Origin: a virus
Taxonomy: Duplodnaviria > Caudoviricetes
Virus record (IMG/VR): IMGVR_UViG_3300029822_001167
Span: 1 to 30,110 of that record
Strand: one strand, 5' to 3'
DNA: 30,110 nt
Positions 25,189 to 30,110 of this stretch are shown one piece after another (positions within the stretch are counted from its first letter, which is position 1; each line of letters opens with the position of its first letter). The notes under the pieces were generated by a model that did not search any database, was not told where the DNA came from, and saw only the letters and a program-made list of their open reading frames with translations. A program made the position numbers and the translations under genes.

Positions 25189-25317
25189 TCATCTGCATTC
25201 CTTCTTCTCGCGTTCGCTGTGATCGCTGTGCTCCGGCCTGACGATCTTCCTATCCCTTTGGGGCATAGCGCTGTGCTCCGGCCGGATAACCTTTTTCTCC
25301 CTTTTCGTCCGGTCCAT
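25189..25317 (-). CDS. Small basic protein (42 aa) with duplicated RPEHS motif
   Basis: ATG 25317 after GGAGTGA SD; 15-bp repeat CGCTGTGCTCCGGCC at 25224-25238 and 25269-25283. Confidence 0.5.
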   Translation of the reverse strand: MDRTKREKKVIRPEHSAMPQRDRKIVRPEHSDHSEREKKECR

Positions 25318-25321
25318 GTGA

Positions 25322-25723
25322 TCACTCCTGTTCTGCGCCCGTCCATAGCCTGGTCTGAGCCTTGCCGTCGCTTCTCTTTTTTGGAGATATGCCGCCACTA
25401 CGGTCCGTGGTGGCCATTTCGAGGCAGTCGGCAATCCGGCGCAGCTCGTAGATCAACATCCCGTTCTGCCTTATGATCACGGTCGACTCTGCCGATGTCG
25501 CAAAAGCCTCCGGGACGAAAAGTATGCGCTTGGTCCCGTGCGGCGTTTGGACGTAGTGTCCGATGAGGTCCTCGGTCCCGAGCATCTCTACGATCTTCTT
25601 CTGGATCGTCGGAGGCGCGGCTATGCCCATCTCCTTCAAATCGGTAAAGCATATCTCTCTGTCCGACCGATTCCATTCTTTCACTATTTCGACGATCTTC
25701 CGACTAATTTCGTCCAGAGCCAT
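25322..25723 (-). CDS. Putative winged-helix DNA-binding protein
   Basis: ICFTDLKEMGIAAPPTIQKKIVEML...LI followed by a beta hairpin fits a wHTH pattern; may regulate late genes. Confidence 0.55.
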   Translation of the reverse strand: MALDEISRKIVEIVKEWNRSDREICFTDLKEMGIAAPPTIQKKIVEMLGTEDLIGHYVQTPHGTKRILFVPEAFATSAESTVIIRQNGMLIYELRRIADCLEMATTDRSGGISPKKRSDGKAQTRLWTGAEQE

Positions 25724-25724
25724 A

Positions 25725-26453
25725 TCAGTCTGCCTCGATCCTGGGCGCTATCAGGATCGCGTAGTGTGCACAGCTTACGGTGAAGTCCATGGACATCGGC
25801 GCATTTTTAGATAGCCCTATGGTTACATTGCCATCATCATCAGTGAGGTGTATCCTCTTGACGATGGCCGCGACCACATCGGAAGGATAGAAGGAACGAC
25901 ACTCCAGACAGACATCTGCTTCGACATATACATGGGCGGACTCTAGATCCGATGAGGCTCCTATAGATAGCTGTCCGGGAGTAACTTCGAAACACATGCT
26001 ATCGCCTATATCGTCCAGCTTGGAGCAACGCCTGAGGTCCGCAGAGCAAATCGGTATGAGGACGTCGAAAGACATGCTCCTGGCTTTGCCGGACATATTT
26101 CTCGATATAGTGCGCAGAGTTCTCTTTCCATTTTTGTTCTGGATGACCACACGGTCATCGGCTTCGGAGATGTCCACACTGTCATATCCGAAGAATTTCA
26201 GCGCCGATGTTAGCAAGTCGATATTGAGCGTTACCGACTTATTTTCGGAGACAGTGTAGTGATCTATGGACCCTAGCCGTATGCCCATATCCGTGTCGAC
26301 CGACATTATACACATGGCGATATGGCCCTCGTCCGTAACACTAACATCTATAGACGAGGGGGATAGGCAGAATGTGACGTCCGCACCTTTTCCCACAACC
26401 CCGATAATAGGGTCTATCGTTTTCAGGATCTCGCTTGCTTTTGCTATGATCAT
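25725..26453 (-). CDS. pcn: Virus-encoded divergent PCNA (DNA sliding clamp)
   Basis: 242 aa; V.F......I.V...DEGHIAM, LNIDLL..ALK, V.IGL....PM.M.F and C-terminal LIAPRIE match the archaeal/eukaryotic PCNA layout. Confidence 0.88.
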   Translation of the reverse strand: MIIAKASEILKTIDPIIGVVGKGADVTFCLSPSSIDVSVTDEGHIAMCIMSVDTDMGIRLGSIDHYTVSENKSVTLNIDLLTSALKFFGYDSVDISEADDRVVIQNKNGKRTLRTISRNMSGKARSMSFDVLIPICSADLRRCSKLDDIGDSMCFEVTPGQLSIGASSDLESAHVYVEADVCLECRSFYPSDVVAAIVKRIHLTDDDGNVTIGLSKNAPMSMDFTVSCAHYAILIAPRIEAD

Positions 26454-26665
26454 ATCTCTTTTACCTCCAGAATATCAATTTCATCAAAATCGTCGAATAT
26501 GTTTCCAAACTCATCTCTTAATGCGTCCATGACCTCTTCGCAGTTGCAATCATCAGAAACAACGCATTGCGTAGTGTAAGAGATCAGCACCGTGATCTCG
26601 CAGAGCCTTCCCTCCGGATCGTCCACAGCATCCTCCATACGCACGTCCGGATAGCTCATGCGCAT
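26450..26665 (-). CDS. Small acidic hypothetical protein
   Basis: Overlapping start/stop within the operon. Confidence 0.6.
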   Translation of the reverse strand: MRMSYPDVRMEDAVDDPEGRLCEITVLISYTTQCVVSDDCNCEEVMDALRDEFGNIFDDFDEIDILEVKEI

Positions 26666-27081
26666 CCACTCCTGATGGCCATCCGGACGAATTCTGACAT
26701 GCTCTTGACTTTGTGACGGGACATGGCCTCCTCCATAATTGCGAGCTCGTCCCCGCTGATGCGAAATGTGACCTTGCGGTCGTTATTTTCTTTGCTCATC
26801 ATTGTGGATTCCTCCGGCATCGTCTTATCATCGCATGATCCCAGAACTTTTACAGACAGGAGAGCATATCCTATGGGCATCGGCAAGAAATCCTCATGCC
26901 TTAGGATGTGCGAAACGACGACTTTGCAACTGCGTCCAGTATAATCGGTGTCGAACTCTCTAAGATGTATTGTGTCGCCAACACGGAATACCTTATCATC
27001 CTCCTTGCGGAATTCACAAGTTTTAATCCCATTCTGGACCGCATCATAATAAATTGGGGATAGCTTCAGCGCGTGTATCAT
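26656..27081 (-). CDS. ASCH/DUF3850 domain protein fused to C-terminal ribbon-helix-helix
   Basis: HALKL.P.YY.AV..G.KT.EFR..D..F.VGD...LRE.....YTGR, then KVTFRIS..E...M..........SMSEFVR.AI. Confidence 0.82.
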   Translation of the reverse strand: MIHALKLSPIYYDAVQNGIKTCEFRKEDDKVFRVGDTIHLREFDTDYTGRSCKVVVSHILRHEDFLPMPIGYALLSVKVLGSCDDKTMPEESTMMSKENNDRKVTFRISGDELAIMEEAMSRHKVKSMSEFVRMAIRSGCA

Positions 27082-27876
27082 TTATAATCTCCCCCTGTAA
27101 GCCCTCGAATACTCGTCGTAGTCACATGACCAGAAAGACCAGGGCCGTGTCCAGTCTTTCAGTTTCTGCATGCGTGCAGTCTTTGCGACGTCGATATTGA
27201 GCATCGAGAACGCCGTCACGCCCTCTTCCTTGAGGATGCGGCACCGGGACACGGCGTCGTCCACATTGTCGTCCGAATGGCAGTAAACGTAGCACATCAG
27301 GTCATGCTTAAGCGATATTCCGGCATCGCGCATCAGTCCGATCGCTCTGATCACGTCGTCCCGGTACGCCATGCTGTCGAACGCTATACGCCACGAACGG
27401 AAGGCCCGGAGTGATGCCAGGGCCTGTGCGATCTCTTCGTCCATCAGGACGCAATTTTTGAAATCTTGACCTGTGCATATATCGGAGACGTCACAGACCT
27501 TCCGGAAATCCCCTTCCTTTTCGTGGACGATGCAGAAATGGCAACGCCTGATGCATCCCCTGGTGGTGAACCCCAGATAGTAATCGCACTCCGGGTAAAG
27601 ACCATAGTCCGGACTCATGGACTCTATCCACGGAGGGAGCTCCTTCGCGAGGTCGTAACCGGAGCCGCCGACGTCTATCTCCGCTTCGGGGTAATAGAAG
27701 CTCAGACTGTCCGCCATGTGGCGGTTTTTCCTGAATACGATGGAGGAATAGACGATATTGGGATCTGAAACGTTGAATCCGACCTCGCAACCCTGTGCCC
27801 TGTAGTATGCGGATATCTTCATCAGGGCCAGATTGGGGATCGTGCTGTCAGCGTCGATCAGGAGGATTTTTTTCAT
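27082..27876 (-). CDS. Radical SAM protein (viral family), possibly internally shortened
   Basis: PNLALMKISAY N-terminus, GGSG, PDY.LYP and FTTRGCIRRCHFC (CxxxCxxC). Confidence 0.85.
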   Translation of the reverse strand: MKKILLIDADSTIPNLALMKISAYYRAQGCEVGFNVSDPNIVYSSIVFRKNRHMADSLSFYYPEAEIDVGGSGYDLAKELPPWIESMSPDYGLYPECDYYLGFTTRGCIRRCHFCIVHEKEGDFRKVCDVSDICTGQDFKNCVLMDEEIAQALASLRAFRSWRIAFDSMAYRDDVIRAIGLMRDAGISLKHDLMCYVYCHSDDNVDDAVSRCRILKEEGVTAFSMLNIDVAKTARMQKLKDWTRPWSFWSCDYDEYSRAYRGRL

Positions 27877-28337
27877 CTGAATGCCTCCATCATAGAAAAT
27901 CTTGGAGTGATAGGCGTCCCGAAGATCACAATCGCCGAAGGGAAAGGAGCAGAACTCTTAGATTTTCCGAATTTCAACCTACCTTGGATAAGGCGGATCT
28001 CACTCGCTTTCATACAGCACTCCCACCACCACTTTGTGTCCGTCCGTGCTGGCACGAGGCAGACCGCAATTCCCCCCCCCCCTCCGTATTGCATGGCCCT
28101 ATCCATCCAAGCACGGATTCCCTTATAAGGTGGATTCATCCACACCGTGCCTGTCCACGGCTGTTTAAGTCCGTCGGCCTCGATGTCGAAATACGTGGCG
28201 CATTTTGCGTTTTCCGAGGACGCGCATACGTCGAGGTCGAAGTCGAACTCCTCGTCGAGCTTCCCCCATAGGTCGAGCGGGGTTTCCCAGTCGTCGGACG
28301 ATGATGACATCATCCCGGAAGTCATGCAGCGGCTCAT
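27873..28337 (-). CDS. Phage-type DNA N6-adenine methyltransferase (Dam-like)
   Basis: W.TP, F.FDLDVCAS..NAKC, DGL.Q.W, WMNPPY, LVPARTDT.WW, GRLKFG, APFPS; start at 28337 by ATGA overlap. Confidence 0.93.
   Translation of the reverse strand: MSRCMTSGMMSSSSDDWETPLDLWGKLDEEFDFDLDVCASSENAKCATYFDIEADGLKQPWTGTVWMNPPYKGIRAWMDRAMQYGGGGGIAVCLVPARTDTKWWWECCMKASEIRLIQGRLKFGKSKSSAPFPSAIVIFGTPITPRFSMMEAFR
28072..28082 (-). repeat. G11 homopolymer inside the Dam-like MTase coding sequence
   Basis: Plus-strand C11; coding strand TAC GGA GGG GGG GGG GGA ATT (YGGGGGI); currently in frame. Confidence 0.9.
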
Positions 28338-29146
28338 TCTCCGTCCCCTCCGAGCGGGCAAGAGCATAGCGTGTCGTCCTCATAATCGAAGTCGACAATA
28401 GCGAACTCCTCACAGTCTGCAGGTACTTTCTTTCTATCGCAAGAGTAGTAATAGGTACACGAGTGGCAAGTAAGATACTTACGTGCACATTTATCACACA
28501 GATCCGAGTTTCTGAGTTCAAGGATGCCATCGAAGTTCTTTGAGGCGCGACATACTCCAGTCTTATTGCCGCAATCCGTGCATACGGTCTGCGCCACATA
28601 CTCGCCGGTGGCGACCTGACAGACCCCATGCTCGGACGACCTGACGGCCCCATTGGCCAGTAGGAGTTCTAGATATAGGTCGTCCTCCCAAATATCGACA
28701 TATCCACTATTCTTCAGCTTGGAAACGATATTCTCGAAAATAGCAGTAGAAATAACATTACTAAGCCCAGTCGAAACCCTCAATTCCTCTGTGCGTCTGT
28801 CCCTTATGAACTGTGGGATGTCTATAAGGGATTGTATTTTCCCACTATGACTAAATGGAAATGATCCTACTACATACAGTCCGATGGCTTCCAGATCGTC
28901 ATTGAGTCTGGATCCGGAAAAATAGAATCCTTCTCCATCGTGATCCAAGACCATGTCCTCGGTGCGCTGTAGCGCGTCATGCACGCCTCCGTGTATTATG
29001 CAGCATTCTCTCGGGCTGCGGGATGCGATCGTAATAACGGGACCGTCCTGATAGTTGTGGTAGAACACAAATCCGTACGCGTCCGGGTGTCGGTTCAGCG
29101 CTGACGATATCATGGCACGGCGGAGCTCCACATTGGTGTCGATCAC
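28334..29146 (-). CDS. Hypothetical protein with C-terminal Cys-rich (zinc-finger-like) region
   Basis: CxxC pairs CTDC, CDKC and CHSC plus further Cys; GTG start at 29146 just after the upstream stop and GGAGG/GGTGA SD. Confidence 0.65.
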   Translation of the reverse strand: MIDTNVELRRAMISSALNRHPDAYGFVFYHNYQDGPVITIASRSPRECCIIHGGVHDALQRTEDMVLDHDGEGFYFSGSRLNDDLEAIGLYVVGSFPFSHSGKIQSLIDIPQFIRDRRTEELRVSTGLSNVISTAIFENIVSKLKNSGYVDIWEDDLYLELLLANGAVRSSEHGVCQVATGEYVAQTVCTDCGNKTGVCRASKNFDGILELRNSDLCDKCARKYLTCHSCTYYYSCDRKKVPADCEEFAIVDFDYEDDTLCSCPLGGDGE

Positions 29147-29147
29147 T

Positions 29148-29387
29148 TCACCGCCTCCTTTCGTTGCAGATCTCTGCGATCTTATCCAATAGATCGTTGA
29201 TTTTTTCATAATATCCGGAGATCATGCCACTGATGTGCGCCAGACCCGATGAGGGAAATACATCTCCGATGTTAGATGCCACCTGGTCCCATTCTTTCTG
29301 GCGTATGCCGGCGTCTGCCTTCTCCGATATTCTCAAAAGGTCGACTACCGCCTCAAGCTCGCGTGTAAACGAGTCTATGTATGTCAC
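29148..29387 (-). CDS. Hypothetical protein
   Basis: GTG start overlapping the upstream stop; helical composition. Confidence 0.55.
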   Translation of the reverse strand: MTYIDSFTRELEAVVDLLRISEKADAGIRQKEWDQVASNIGDVFPSSGLAHISGMISGYYEKINDLLDKIAEICNERRR

Positions 29388-29620
29388 TGATCTGCCTCCC
29401 ATCTGGTATCTCTGACCTCGAGATCGAAGACCTTATCGTACACGCTCCTGATCTCATCGCCCCAGTCCGCCGTAACCATGCCGCTCCTGTGCCCTCCATA
29501 GCGCATTTCGTTGACACGGTCCAAGCTCACTAGAGTGGCCTCGTCCCCGCGGAAGTCGACGATCTTGGATCCGAGCGGGACCTGCTTCCCCGTTTTTATG
29601 TCGTAGGCAACGAGGGTCAT
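29384..29620 (-). CDS. Hypothetical protein (78 aa, small beta-barrel-like)
   Basis: ATGA overlap and operon position. Confidence 0.6.
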   Translation of the reverse strand: MTLVAYDIKTGKQVPLGSKIVDFRGDEATLVSLDRVNEMRYGGHRSGMVTADWGDEIRSVYDKVFDLEVRDTRWEADQ

Positions 29621-29856
29621 GCGGACACATCCTTGTCGATGTCCTCAATCATATCAATGATTCTAGATTGAGTATCCATGATCGAACGGAGCAACTGTTT
29701 GCACAGTGAAACTACCTGGTCGAGATCGGATATATAGGGCGATTCCCACCCTTTTAGATAATTTAGGCCATCCAATAGATGGATAATACCGCAGCGCGAA
29801 GTCTCCAAATTATTGTATATACAACAAAGATTGACGTAATCTTCAGTACGGGTCAT
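29617..29856 (-). CDS. Hypothetical protein (79 aa)
   Basis: ATGA overlaps on both sides. Confidence 0.55.
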   Translation of the reverse strand: MTRTEDYVNLCCIYNNLETSRCGIIHLLDGLNYLKGWESPYISDLDQVVSLCKQLLRSIMDTQSRIIDMIEDIDKDVSA

Positions 29857-30110
29857 GCTACCACCTCGTAATCCTCGTCTACCTCGTCATAATAGCAAGG
29901 TGCGAGCCAGTCCTCGCAGTCGTCCTCATCTTCGTTTCCGGAATCCACCGCATAGCAGGACCGGCGTCCGCATGTGGCGCAGGTGTGAGGCAGATCGCAT
30001 CCGGTAGGACAGTCGATATAGGGTGCGGGGATGGGAGGGAGCCCATAGTGCGCCCAGAGCGCCCAGGCCGGAGTGCACCAATATTCTTTCAAATATTGGC
30101 ATACGATCAT
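29853..30110 (-). CDS. Cys-rich hypothetical protein (85 aa)
   Basis: Multiple Cys including CATC; acidic tail; ATGA overlap; start at the window edge. Confidence 0.55.
   Translation of the reverse strand: MIVCQYLKEYWCTPAWALWAHYGLPPIPAPYIDCPTGCDLPHTCATCGRRSCYAVDSGNEDEDDCEDWLAPCYYDEVDEDYEVVA

Larger units (their letters stand above)
1..30110 (-). mobile_element. Temperate head-tail (Caudoviricetes, siphovirus-like) archaeal virus/provirus, partial
   Basis: Co-oriented terminase, portal, prohead protease, HK97-type capsid, neck and tail-tube genes plus a tyrosine integrase. Genes are dense with ATGA/TGATG overlaps. Archaeal signals include PCNA, TATA boxes and GGAGGTGA SD sites. No att sites or genome ends are visible. 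Confidence 0.93.

Noticed and set aside
1-30110. Second VR or additional DGR target
   Set aside because: No further copy of the TR core was seen by eye; the 35-bp fibre repeat is unrelated to the TR and has no adenine-specific differences.

Overview
The whole 30.1-kb window reads as most of a temperate, HK97-fold head-tail archaeal virus or provirus. The host is most plausibly in Methanomassiliicoccales, inferred from an archaeal-type PCNA, TATA-box promoters, an InlB-B-repeat adhesin-like gene and no TAG stop among 42 called genes. Nearly all genes are on the minus strand. In transcription order (right to left) they are: early/accessory genes, two DNA methyltransferases, a radical SAM protein, a divergent PCNA, terminase, portal, Mu-F-like protein, protease, major capsid, a fibre protein, a complete diversity-generating retroelement (DGR), adhesin and membrane genes, neck and tail genes, and a lysogeny-like end (AbrB, Cas4-like nuclease, tyrosine integrase). 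The highlight is the DGR. Its target gene (14201-15496) has a VR at 14219-14327 and a TR at 13973-14081, and 14 of 15 TR/VR mismatches fall at TR adenines (12 A>G). It also has an 8-bp hairpin abutting the target stop codon and a DGR-type RT, but no recognisable avd gene. Other oddities are G10/G11 tracts at both methyltransferase genes, two short paralogous tape-measure-like genes, a perfect 35-bp repeat in the fibre gene and repeats around the integrase start. All protein calls come from motif recognition by eye; no database searches were run.
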